Positions 51,581 through 63,140 of a DNA stretch of 64,000 nt are shown piece after piece. Position 1 is the stretch's first letter. Each line of letters starts with the position of its first letter. The DNA comes from Azolla caroliniana (taxonomy: Eukaryota; Plantae; Polypodiophyta): positions 37,138,001 to 37,202,000 of the forward strand of contig JBHGNT010000001.1 of NCBI GenBank assembly GCA_043228905.1, written 5' to 3'. A program made the position numbers and the translations under genes. A model generated the notes under the pieces. The model saw only the letters and a program-made list of their open reading frames with translations, was not told the DNA's origin and did not search any database.

Positions 51581-51980
51581 AGATACATGCACATTACAAG
51601 GAAGTGTATGAAAATTGATTGTACATGCTTGTCTGTGTGTAGCCCGTTCCATGATGTCTCTTATCTAGCAATAATACAGAGCCATGTTGAAAATCGATTC
51701 AAAGTTACATGGGATAGTCAGCACATAACATAAACAAGCTATCCAAACACCTTTACAAAGGTCATTCGATAAGTCTTAATTTGTGAAGCATAAAGTGTTT
51801 TAGGTCCTAAAGAATTCAAAACGTTAATGGGACGATTAAAGGTACAAGCACATTACAAGGAAGTGTATGAAAATTGATTGTAAAGGCTTGTCTACGTGTA
51901 GGATGTTCAATGACATTTCTTATTTATCGATAATACAAAGCCATGTTGGAAATAGATTCAAATTACATGGGATAGTCAGG
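51468..51980. repeat. About 255-bp tandem duplication (period 259) at the 3' end of the copia remnant
   Basis: AACATAAACAAGCTATCCAAACACCTTTACAAAGGTCATT...TTACATGGGATAGTCAG at 51468 and 51727. Confidence 0.92.
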
Positions 51981-52493
51981 ACTCAGCATGTATATATATA
52001 CATGGGATATATATATATCTAAAGGATTGGAAATAGTAGTATGTTTAGAGTAGTTTCTAAAAATCTAGATTATCACATTGTATCAATTGATTACATTGAA
52101 ATTGTGCATACTTTGCATCAATCCTCACGTGGAGGACTCATAACAACATCTAGTTAATTATTCAATCGTAAATTGGTGTAAATTGGTACTTTTGCTCGCC
52201 AGATTCTTTTAGTGTAAATTTGTATGTTTGCACTTGACAAATATCAGTGCCATGGACCAAAGTCTACTTACTTGCTTGGTTTATGGAGGGTATTTTGGGA
52301 ATTGATGAGTAGGGGGGCTCAGGCTAGGCTATCTATGAAAGAGGAGTAGAGGGGTATTTTTTGTGATATTTTGTTATAGTTAGCTGGAAGCTAAAATATG
52401 TGGGCGGAGGTTTTTCCATGTGCTTCGCTTCTGTCTGTCTGTGTCTCTTTTAAATCTCGACGTAGCAGTAATGGTGGGTAGGAAATCAAGACG

Positions 52494-52551
52494 AAGGAAG
52501 AAGAAGGAAGGAAGAAAGAAGAAGAAGAAGAAGAAGAAGAAGAAGAAGAAG
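52494..52551. repeat. (GAA)n microsatellite 5' of the kelch gene
   Basis: Visible GAA run. Confidence 0.92.
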
Positions 52552-52642
52552 CAGGAAAAACCCGCTATTGAATTTACCCTTTTCTTCTAAGGTATCATCT
52601 CATTTTTTATTCCAGTAGTGAGAACTGGGTATATATATATGT

Positions 52643-55600
52643 ATGACGGAGCTGAAGAAGGTTGTAAAGAAGAAGAAGCAGCTATGGTGGCTCAAGTATA
52701 TGGTCATAGTACTTTGTGGTGCTCTCACACTAGCTGCTCTCTTCACAAATCTGTTCTGGGCAGCTGAACATCGTGGTTTGAACTCCAACATACCCGTCTC
52801 AAGGCCACATATCAAATCACACGTAAGTGAATAATTTCTTCTTTCTCTCATATAACTATTCAACTTTGGAACGATGTGTGCAAATGCATCACCTTTTTTC
52901 CTCGTTTACTTCTTCAACTTCGTAATAATCTTTGTGATATGTGTATTGCTAATTTATTTTCTTCATATACCTCTTCAACTTAGCAATTACCGATACAAAT
53001 ATATTATACACCTGTTCAACTTTGCAATGATCTAGGAAAATATTAATTTGATTTTTTAATATATATCTCCAAATTTGTGAAGAACAATGCAAATATTTTG
53101 ACTTTCTTTCAATGTATCTCTTCAACTATGTAGTGATATATACAGAGATATTCCTTTTCTTTCCATCAATCTCTTCAGGTTTGTAATGATGCATGCAAAA
53201 AGGCATCCATCTTTCTATGTGCAGCGGCATATTGCATGGTTTAGAAAGTTTTGTTATAAGCTGTTTAACATGGTTTAAAATTGGTCTATTTTGTGTTTCC
53301 TTATCCTTGCAAGACTAAATATTAAGTGTTTTAACACGGTTAATTATAATGTGTTGTGAAAATCCATGGATGCCGATGACATTTCCATTTTGTTTCGTTT
53401 CTCCCTTTAAAATTTAATCTGGTAAATTCTTTCTATGCGCTCTCTATATATTAATGCTTTTCAATCTTGAAGTTTATCAATCTATGCAAATATTATAGTG
53501 AAACAGGGTTTAAGGGTTTCAATGAAGTGTATGTTTAACATCACAGTGGTTTGCATCACAAGTTTTTTGGTTTTCTATGATCGGATATTGTAGCAAGTGA
53601 CATACATTTTAGTGGTTTTTACAAGTTCATCTTACCGTACATGCAAAAGGGAACAAAACAAAGATTCCCTGGATGATGAGAGAGAGCTCAAACAAGGGCC
53701 CGTGGGTAGTTTGACACTGATGGCACATATGACTACAGTTTAATAGTTTGCCAAACAAGAATGATTGATGAAGAGATGAGTAGTGAAGTTAGTGAGATAG
53801 TGAATGCAAATATTTCAATGCTTATTGCATGATGTATTGCTATTGGCATTGACATTGGTGTTGATAATGGTATTGGCTACATTACTCAATGATAGATTGA
53901 ATATTGCATCATTTTCCTATATAAATACTCCACTGCAACATTAGATTGGACTTTAGTAGAGAAGAAACTTGGAATATGAATGCTAAAACTTTAGGAATTG
54001 TGTGCAATGTGTAGCACATAATTTTTTGTGCACTTGTATACATGCAAATACTTCTTTACATATTTACTACGAAATTTATACATTTCACAAGCTATATAAT
54101 CTGAATGGAATGCAGACAATTGATCTCAAGACAGCTCTTCCTGGCGAGGAAGATGTGCCATTCCTTGAGTGGGAAGAAATGGCACCTGCGCCTGTAGATC
54201 GCCTCGATGGCTATTCTGCTCAGATTGACAACCTCTTATATGTGTTTGCTGGATATCAGACAATTGACCAGGTACAAAACCCCTCCCCCCAAAAAGAAGA
54301 AGAAGAAAAGAAACTCTTTGTTTATAGTCTCTTGTATATATATGTACTTTAAATAAAGTATCTCCTGATATGATGTCATCTGAAAATTCAATCATTTTCA
54401 CCTGATGTTCACATATCCAATATGGTATTGTGCCGAACACTCTTCTAATCACTGCTTGTAGAATCTGGGTTTCAACAAGAGTTGGTCATTACATTTTGGC
54501 ATCAGTCTCCAAAGTGTTTGTCTTTATTGTTTGTTTGGTCTCGTATAGTCTATCTACCCTTTGTTTGCATGTGCATACTTATGGATGCTAGGAAAGAAAC
54601 ATATAACACGAGTTATTAATCACTATGTTGGTCAACATTAGATTGAGCAAGTAGATACTAATAAAACGCAAAGCAATGTATGCTCTACATTTACATGAGT
54701 GATTGGGCTGTTACTTATTTTACCCTTATTGATCTAGGTCTACATTTATGTGTTTACGGGCTTGAGTTTAGGATGGGGTCACATAGTGGGGGATTCATAT
54801 AGGTTAATTATCCTGACAAAGATTAATCTGTCCTTACCAAGTTTTTTTTCAGTCATGATAATAGTGGAAGGTGTATGTGTTAGATTATCCTAAAAAGACT
54901 AAACTAGTCTCATAGACATGTATCTATCAGAAACTTCTTTCTGAATGTATGCAGGTTCATTCTCACGTAGATGTATATAATCTATCCAGCAACGAATGGA
55001 ATGATCGGATTGAAATGCCAAAAGAAATGGCAAACTCTCACTTAGGGTTGGTTACAGATGGTCGATATGTATATGCTATTTCTGGGCAATACGGTCCTCA
55101 GTGTCGTGGACCGACCAATAAAGCTTTTGTGCTTGATACACAAACAAAGAGGTGGTCGGCTTTTCCACCACTTCCGGTTCCAAGGTAAAATTCGGAATTA
55201 CAGAGTTATCACAAGTTGTTCCATTTCCGTTTCTCTACTTATTGTGTTGAGAAGCACAGATTTGAAAAGTTGTTTTAAAGGCTTAACTGAAAGTTATGCA
55301 ATGAAACTAGTGTGATGGAGTAAATTGTGAATGGCATCAACTTGGGTACAAAAAACGAGGAATCCCAAATATATGTGGAGTCTAAATGACTGGGTAAATT
55401 ATTCTCGTATGAAGCTCTACAAGTATATATATAAAATAACAGATTGCTTATCTTTGGCAAGTGCTACTAGAGGATGTAAAGTTTTTGGCAAATCTTTCAA
55501 AATCCTTGGTCCTAGAAGTGAGCCAAAAGTTTCCAAGCTTCCTGTAGGATGGACCTATTTTAAAAGAAAGCACGTGAAATGGATTTTGTAGGGAAAATTA

Positions 55601-58600
55601 GTGAAAGGGATCTCTAGTTTATGCTAGTTCCCAAAATATAATTCAAGGATCTGTGGTCAACAAGAGTGACATGTTGCACATTATGGTAACTTACATTGGC
55701 ATTTTTATTTATATGGATATGATGTTTTATGACATTTCATTTTATGTTTCAAATGAGACATACATACAAAGCATTTTATGTCTCATTTACTCCTAAAATA
55801 CTTATAATTCAGTATATGTGGATTGACTGACAGGTATGCTCCTGCAATACAACTTTGGAGAGGGCGGTTGCATGTTATGGGTGGCAGCAAGGAAGATCGT
55901 TGGGAACCTGCTGTCGAACATTGGAGTATAGCTGTAAGTGATGGAAAGGCTTTAGGCATGGTTTGGCAACCGGATATTCCGATCCCTCGTGGTGGCCCTC
56001 ATAGGTATTGTATACTTTATTTGTGTATTATTATTATTATTATTTTCCAAAACATTGTTTGTGTATAAGGTTGTGTTTTCTTTGAATAATATTAAATGTG
56101 AAGTTTGAATAGAGAGACTGAACAAACATTGATATGGGATTTTGGAAACTTTGAAGGGCTTGTGTTGTGTTTGAAGATCGATTGTATGTGGTTGGGGGAC
56201 AAGAAGGTGATTTTAAAGCAAAAGTTGGATCACCAATTTTCAAGTGCAGTAGACAGAAAGAGGTAATGCAATAGAACTGTACTGCCATAATATGACATAT
56301 GAAAGAGAAAAAAAGGAAGCTATATTGTTGTCTTTCATGAAGGCCAAAATGGCCTATAGGACCAAACAAGAGATTACATCTTAAATGTTTTCTTCTCTTT
56401 TTGAATAACTAACCAAAATAAAAATAGTTAAACATAGAGTATAAAAAACCTAGATAAAGAGAAAGAAAGAAAGCTGTATTGATGTCTTTTAAGAGGCCAA
56501 AATGGCCTATAAGACTGAACAAGAGATTGCTTTTTAAATGTTTTCTTTTCTTTGAACAACTAACCAAAATATATGTAATTAAAAGACCAAAATGGCCTGT
56601 AAGAACGAATGAGAGATTACATCTTAAAGGTTTTCTTTCCTTTGAGAACAACTAATCAAAATAGATATAATGAAACATAGGGTGCTATGGAATCTAGATA
56701 ACTAAGAACTAGTATTCTGAAACTTCTGCGCTCAAAAAACTAGAGAAAAGGGAAAAAAAGGAAACATTATATAAAAAGGAAACATCTCTCAAGGCCAAAA
56801 TGACCTCTATAAAAACCCATGACTGTTTACTATCATGATAAGATAGTGTGGGAACAGAAAATGCACAGGAGGCTGAGAAAGTGAAGTGCTGGCTTAGACA
56901 TTGCGGAGAAAATACAAAGGACAATGATGATCTATGATTATCTGGTGGGGGGCCTAAATGATGATGGAACCTCCACCAAACTTTTACAAATTACTCTCCC
57001 ACACCTAATGGGGGAAAACTAGAAACTGAGCTGAAGTGAAACAAAAGAAATAAAAATAAAAATGTACTATCTAATCGCCAAATGTGACTGTGTCCATTCT
57101 CCAAGCTAGACACCTGTTCCAAGCCTGTCGATTTGCCAGATATTTGAAACTGTGAAACAATCTAAATTACTTCCTCTTTATGGTAAACACACTGGCTCTT
57201 GTGTTTCCGATTGAAATTGATTATCATCATGCCTTTGGTCTCTGCTATATTGTTGGTCAGTATCTTCACTAAAAGTATGTATTGTATCTAAAAGCTTTTG
57301 CAATCTTAGCTTAGAATGTGCCAGAAGTACAACATCATCTTCAGAAATAAGAAACGATACCGTTAAGTTGCCAAATGGCTTGTTTCTGTCACATTGTTTC
57401 AAGACTTCTTGGATTAACTGTTCTACTGGGTGAACACATAGAGGAAATTGAGGGAATCCTTGAATCGCTCCCATGGGGAAAACCTGCTCATCCCCATATC
57501 TCTTCCTGTGTCTTTAAGCCCATTCACGGAGTTGATATTCTATGGGTAATGGAACTAGCTCCCACCATAATCATGTGACAGTTGGTGAACTGTATTCCTC
57601 TCTGTCTCCTTTGTACAGGGTCTTTATTCAATAATCTTACCAATATTGGGAAAACCTTTTGCTCTTCCCTGATTTAGTAATTCATGTATCCAGTCTTTGG
57701 CCGGGGGGGCCTGCTCAATTCAGCATTTCTAAGTGTGGTGAAATGTATCCGAAGCCATCCCCTCTTTGCTTTGAATGTTATGGGGATGATATGATGTTTT
57801 GGGTGCATCCCATCATTTCCTTGTATGTGTTCCATCATTTTGGGCTTATGTGACTGTAATAGTTGCAATTTGCTATTCTTGGCATTCTCCCTTCCATTTG
57901 CATGTGAGTACATCTATGAGCCAAAAATTGATCTCTGTTGTGAGCATATCATCAGTGGGTGGCTCAAGTAATGTTGCCATATTCCATCACTTTGCGTGTC
58001 TATCTAGGTGAGAAAATTTTGATTATCTTGGTCTTTTTCGCTATGCTACTATCAGTCATAGCTTGGTTGGTATGTGATGTGTCTTTCGATAAGTCTCAAT
58101 GAGTATTTCCTGGTTGCCCAAGGTGGCACCTTTTATACTACTCAATATCTTCTGATCCAGGGGCTATTCTTCCAGCTTCCACCTATAGCAAACATGAACT
58201 TTTAATGCTTTGAATTGCGAGTCCTTGTCTGCCATCTATGAAGGTTATTGAGATTTCATCTGGATTAAATGGTAAGTGCTTTCAACCGAGGTTCTATGTA
58301 TTTGACACAATTATGTTAGAGAGATGCATTGCCGAGATTCAAAACCTGGTGCATGGGGTTCACAAAATCATGACTAGGTACATCCCTGACATAGAGTCGT
58401 TATTTTAATATTGCGAAGGGATCAAAATGATGTACGACCTAAAGACCATTGACATCTGATAAAATGTTTGAGAACGAACAAAGTACAAAAAAAAGATACT
58501 TGATCCAGTCAGATCTGCCAAAATGACATATGAATTCTAATAGATTACATGCAGCGTGAGAATACACAAGTCAATTTATCTCAAAAAGTCCCATGTGTGT

Positions 58601-60236
58601 ATCGAAAATGACATCAGTACCTTCTTGAATAAAGAGCCTAGTCAAATGTGTATAGTTATGTGAAGAGTCATGAATATGAGAGAGACCAAATGCCTTTTGC
58701 CCAGTTGGTAAGGTTGCCATGTGAAGACCAGAATGCGAGTGTTTAGTTGCATTCTGTAAAACTAAAAATATGCCTTACCATCACAAACTTGTGGGAACCA
58801 AAAAGGTCATTAGTTCAATATCCTGATATTGCATTTAGTTTAGAAATAGTTAGCTGATCAGCACGTTATGAGTTCAACCCTTACATTCTGATGGTCATTT
58901 AGTAAATTTGTGAGATTTGTAACTTGGTGTATGGGTTGATAAAAAAATGACTTACCATTAGATAATCACCCTAGGAGAGAGCTTCTATTTTCTTTTACTC
59001 AAGGAATCATGTTAATCACTCTTATTTTTCTGCTGTATGTTTCAGGTTGTTTATGGTGATGTTTACATGCTGGAAGTCGAGGAAGGAGGTAGAAAAGAGT
59101 GGAAGGAATTGCCGAGAATGCCAAGGCCTGATTCTCACATTGAATGTGCTTGGGTAGTGGTGAATGATACCTTGGTAGTGTTAGGAGGAACCACAGAAAA
59201 AGATCCACTTACCAATCGCATGGTCCTTGTTGGTGAGGTTTATGCCTTCGACTTCCGAGGCTTGGTATGTGTATTATCACGTTCTTGATTTTTCTTTGCA
59301 TAATAGTTTGTTAAAATCTTCATACACTTCCTAATCTTAATGGAGGATTGATTCCTGTTTCTGGCAACCCAAAACCCAAAACTTCAACTAAAGTTTTTTT
59401 TTTTTCCTTTTATGGGTGTTCAATTGCCATTTGTGGCAACTGACAGTGAGGGATAGTTGCACTCACAACCTATGGCTATTGATCATAGATAGTCCATTGT
59501 TAAACTCTTTCTAGAGTGTCTTTTCTTTCGCTTAAAGAATGGTTGATTGAATATTGTGTCAATACTCAATATCAGGGGCTAAGTAGGTGTTTATGTTCTT
59601 GCTTTTTTGTGTCATGATGGCATGGGCATCATAGATGGGTCCTTCATTAAAATCTTCATATATTTTGTTATTCTCTGTTAATAGAGGATTGATTGTTGTG
59701 CGACAACCAAAGGCACTCATTCTAATCCATGGCCTACCCCTGGTCCTCTTCTCTGAATATTGCCAATTATATTTTTTAGCATTGTCTTTCAGAGGATAAT
59801 GGTACCGTTTTCCTTGTGGTGGAAAGAAAGAGTAATGTCAATATTGTTAAGCCATTTTCAAGAGCAGCCTCTTAGAATGCTTGTGAAAATGAAGATTTTG
59901 TTATAATGGATTCAAGGCCCTAACCCACAATCTTATGGTTGTAAAGGACAAGCTTTACTACTAGCACAATCAAGTTTTTACGCAATAATACGTCGAATGT
60001 CTAATGGCTTTCTATAATAATATAAAGCCAACATGTACTGTTCTTATTTGTGTTTCTTCATGATATAGAAATGGAGGACGATTGGTAGGATGCCGTATCG
60101 AGTAAAAACAACACTTGCAGCGCTTTGGGATGGTTGGCTTTATTTCACGTCTGGTCAACGTGACCGGGGCCCTCTTGATCCCTACCCTAAAAAAGTAATA
60201 GGCAAGACTTGGCGAACTAAACTCGACTTAGCATGA
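52643..60236 (+). CDS. Kelch-repeat (galactose oxidase/kelch superfamily) protein with N-terminal signal anchor, At3g27220/At1g51540-like
   Basis: Basic N-tail plus TM (KKKKQLWWLKYMVIVLCGALTLAALF). Kelch blades LEWEEMAPAPVDRLDG..LYVFAGY, HSHVDVYN..MPKEMANSHLG..DGRYVYAISGQYGPQCRGPT, YAPAIQLWRGRLHVMGGSKE, PIPRGGPHRAC..LYVVGGQEGDF, DSHIECAWV, MPYRVKTTLAALWDGWLYFTSGQRDRGP. Exons 52643-52822, 54116-54271, 54955-55184, 55834-56004, 56157-56262, 59046-59264, 60069-60236 (409 aa). Possible extra micro-exons at 53225-53238 and 53650-53701. Confidence 0.93.
56315..56820 (-). repeat. Four reiterated LINE 3'-end units in kelch intron 5
   Basis: AGGCCAAAATGGCCT-type hairpins at about 56341, 56494, 56584 and 56792. 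The first three are each followed on + by GAGATT(A/G)C..TTAAA(T/G)GTTTT..TTTGA..AACTAA(C/T)CAAAATA. Confidence 0.8.
57100..58400 (-). mobile_element. Degenerate non-LTR retrotransposon (LINE) reverse-transcriptase remnant in kelch intron 5
   Basis: ORF 57178-57474 contains MGAIQGFPQFPL (decayed GVxQGCPLSP) and FLISEDDVVLLAHSKLRLQKLLD (decayed LLYADDxVLL...LQxxLD). Its orientation matches the 3'-end units at 56315-56820. Boundaries are approximate. Confidence 0.75.
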
Positions 60237-61140
60237 TCGTATATGTTTGTATGCACAAATTGTGTGGATGCTATGGGTGAGTTTCCTAACCGCCCTTAAG
60301 GCAAAGAGTGGGTTTTTATGTATTATTGGAAGAGGATTGATTATTTGAGATACCTCATTTTCTGATTCAACTGCATGTTTGCCTTCTTAACATGAACTGT
60401 TATCTTATATTCTATTTATCTTTGGAATCTTGCCATGTTAAATGTGCTATTCTAAAACTTGCATGGCTTTATGTTTTTACAAGAAAGATACCATTCTTTA
60501 TTGATGTAATATTTGAAGAGTATATTGTAACATTGATAAGTTAGTGTGTGCTTGTGAGATCAATGGCTCTGTGTCAATGTTAGACAGTAGTATCATGCAA
60601 CTTCAGGAAAAGTTCAATGTGCTTGTGTCAAAGTTAAAACAAGCAGTTTTTGAAAAGAGTTTTGGAAACTTAAGTAAACATTATATTTTTAGTGCGAGGA
60701 TGATAGAATTTAATCTTAATTTGTGTGGAAAACCAAAGTTTGATCAGTGCTACAAATATTCTAGAGTTAACAACAATAATAAGCCTGAGAATATGTGAGT
60801 AAGAGAGTTTGAGAAAAAGCATGATAATGAATGTGATGAGAAGAATATCTCCTCCTTTGCAATAACCTCCATATCTCTACTTTGTTGTATCTAGGCAAGC
60901 TCAAGGGTTGACCTAATTAATTGATACAAAAAAGATTGTATATCACTACTACAAGGATGCGAACAAGGGGATACAATAATTTAGTACTTCAATTGATCAT
61001 AACTTCTATGTGTACTTGTAGATATGTCCTATATAAATGAAGCCCTTGTTTATCTCTCATGCTGATTATCATTGATCCATTGTTATTGTAAAACTTCCAC
61101 AATCTTTTCTTAATAGAATTGTTGTTGGTGTGTCTCTCAA

Positions 61141-61255
61141 TCCCATAGGTTGTATTTGACCCTCATGATAATACTCAAATCTCTCTCTCTCTCTAGGTCA
61201 TATTTGACCTCCGAAGACGATAATATAATATCTCTCTCTCTCTCTCTCTCTCCCC
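61141..61255 (+). mobile_element. Two stacked LINE 3' termini, each followed by (TC)n
   Basis: CCCATAGGTTGTATTTGACCCTCATGATAATA..(TC)n then TAGGTCATATTTGACCTCCGAAGACGATAATA..(TC)n. Confidence 0.7.
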
Positions 61256-61459
61256 TATATATATACATATAAACAAATGCCATACATCCTCCTTGAGACA
61301 AGTTCACTTGCCATTGAGATCATGGCTATTGTAAGGGTTGTTGAATACATGCTTAAAATTTAAATAAGTCTCACTTCATTAGATGGCTGTTTTAGCTTTT
61401 CGGATGATTTGGAAACACTTGAAAAGGTTGTTAATCTTATTGCATTCATAAGTCATAAG

Positions 61460-62580
61460 GATCTGTTTGCATATTTCTAAAGGAAGAAGCTTGATCGGAG
61501 GCTTCTATTTGACAAGCGTGCAAATGATGATCATGAAGCAAAGCTGAAGCAACAGTGTGGAGGTCAATTTACCTCCAAAACAACTATTGGAAAAGAAGCA
61601 TTCAGGATGCCATGCACTTAGGATTAGACCAAGCATTTGTACGGAATGTGTTTGAATTGCAGAATAAATATCTGCAATAGGTGAGTAATGCTTTGTACAT
61701 CATTCCCTTTTTTACAAGGCTCTAAAGGAAGCTTTTGAAGTTTTTTGTAACAAAGGTGTTGCTGGAAGCAACAACGCTGACCTATTGGTTGTATTTTGTA
61801 GCAGATATGCTTTTTAAACAAATGGAAGGATATCTTGTTTGGAAAAGAAAATTAAGAAATTAAGAAATTAAAAAAAGTCCCTTGCATCAACTTCCTAGAA
61901 TTGCATGGGAAGCAAGCAAAAAGAGGTAAAAGACGCATAAAAGAAAAATTTTGTGTTCCGGTTGGATGCAAGATATGAAAAAGTGGTTTGGTAGTCCATG
62001 TTCCTGACATTTGCTCCATGATGCATCACTAGATTCCTCTGTAAATGAGGCCTTTTTGCAACGCCAATGTATCATGACATGTAAAAAATGTCGAGGCTCA
62101 CGCTTCACACATTATACTACACATGATTGCACCTAACTACAAAACATATTCTTCATGGAATGGGGAAACTGTACACATCGATACATTTTAGAGCCCATCA
62201 CATTGTTTGCCATTCGAACCATTGCTTCCATGCGACTTAGCTCACATGCATTGCGATGTGAGACTGGGCGTTGGGGCACAAATGATGAGATTGGTTGACT
62301 ATGCACACTTTGCCCTAAACAAGTTCGAGAGTCTTGAGTATCACACTTTGATACAATACTCTGCCTTTGATCATATTCGACCATGCTTTCCAACATCTTC
62401 GACCAAGCCCAATCCTTGTACAAATTTCTCTCACAAGCACAATGTGCACTCTCAATTGCAACATTCATGGTAAAGTTCTTGAACATCAAGAGTTGCTCTA
62501 CGCACTTTCACACATATCACATGGAATGTAATATTTTTGGTCTCATAGGTCATATTTGACCTCTGAAGACAATAATAGAA
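61460..62580 (+). mobile_element. Degenerate LINE ORF2 3' portion with C-terminal zinc knuckle and 3' stem-loop
   Basis: 62215-62380 translates as RTIASMRLSSHALRCETGRWG..LCTLCPKQVRES/EYHTLIQYSAFDHIR (one stop, one frameshift), the typical LINE C-terminal R-L-S-S-H-x-L-x-x-E-T-G-R...C-x2-C...E-x-H-x4-C region with the last Cys decayed. It ends GGTCTCATAGGTCATATTTGACCTCTGAAGACAATAATA. The 5' boundary is approximate. Confidence 0.8.
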
Positions 62581-62583
62581 TGT

Positions 62584-62612
62584 ATCTCTCTCTCTCTTAC
62601 TCTCCACACGCG

Positions 62613-62667
<55 letters not shown>
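62584..62667. repeat. Compound (TC)n-(CG)n-(CA)n microsatellite at the LINE 3' end
   Basis: TCTCTCTCTCTC..CACACGCGCGCGCGCG then about 23 CA units. Confidence 0.95.
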
Positions 62668-62799
62668 CTTACGGCTATTGTGTTGTATGGGATTATATTA
62701 TCTAATTCTTCTTGTTGCCACACACAAATATAGAATATAAGGGTGTTGTCGTTGTCAGTTGTGAAGTTGTACGGCTGAAGGAAATGTTGATTAAGGACT

Positions 62800-63140
62800 T
62801 CAATGTTTACATCAATGAACTAGTGTGGATGCATTGTGACAACGTTAACAATCGTGAATACAATATTTCAACTGTGAATATAGCAAATTGAGATGCATTT
62901 CTACTACATCTGTGAGTGGATTGTGGTTGGAAAATTGAATGTCCGACATATGTACACTAATGACCATACTGATGTCTTTACCAAGGTGCTTGGAGTGGAC
63001 ATGTGTTGCAACAATTTTTTATGGCTCTGAATCTATGTTCACTTGAGCCATGAGCTTGAGCGGGAGTTCAAGAATAGGAATAGAATCTAAGCTCGTTGTT
63101 TGCTTGATGATACCATATAGTTGAGCTTGAAGGGATGAGC
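62800..63140 (+). mobile_element. Ty1/copia RNase H remnant with PPT-like end
   Basis: VWMHCDN (62823) and QIEMHFYYICEWIVVGKLNVRHMYTNDHTDVFTKVLG (about 62883-62993) match copia RNase H CDN...KHIExxxHFIRE...ADIFTK. TGAGCTTGAGCGGGAG at 63051 and TTGAGCTTGAAGGGA at 63121 resemble the ORF end/PPT and its LTR copy. Confidence 0.8.

Noticed and set aside
53665-53720. Hammerhead-ribozyme or box C/D snoRNA-like motif (ATGATGAG..CTCAAAC..CTGA)
   Set aside because: It lacks the CUGANGA and GAAA catalytic cores, and the C-to-D box distance is too short. It is better explained as a coding micro-exon.
55751-55788. Hairpin AAATGAGACATA...TATGTCTCATTT as a miRNA precursor
   Set aside because: The 12-bp stem is too short for a plant pre-miRNA.
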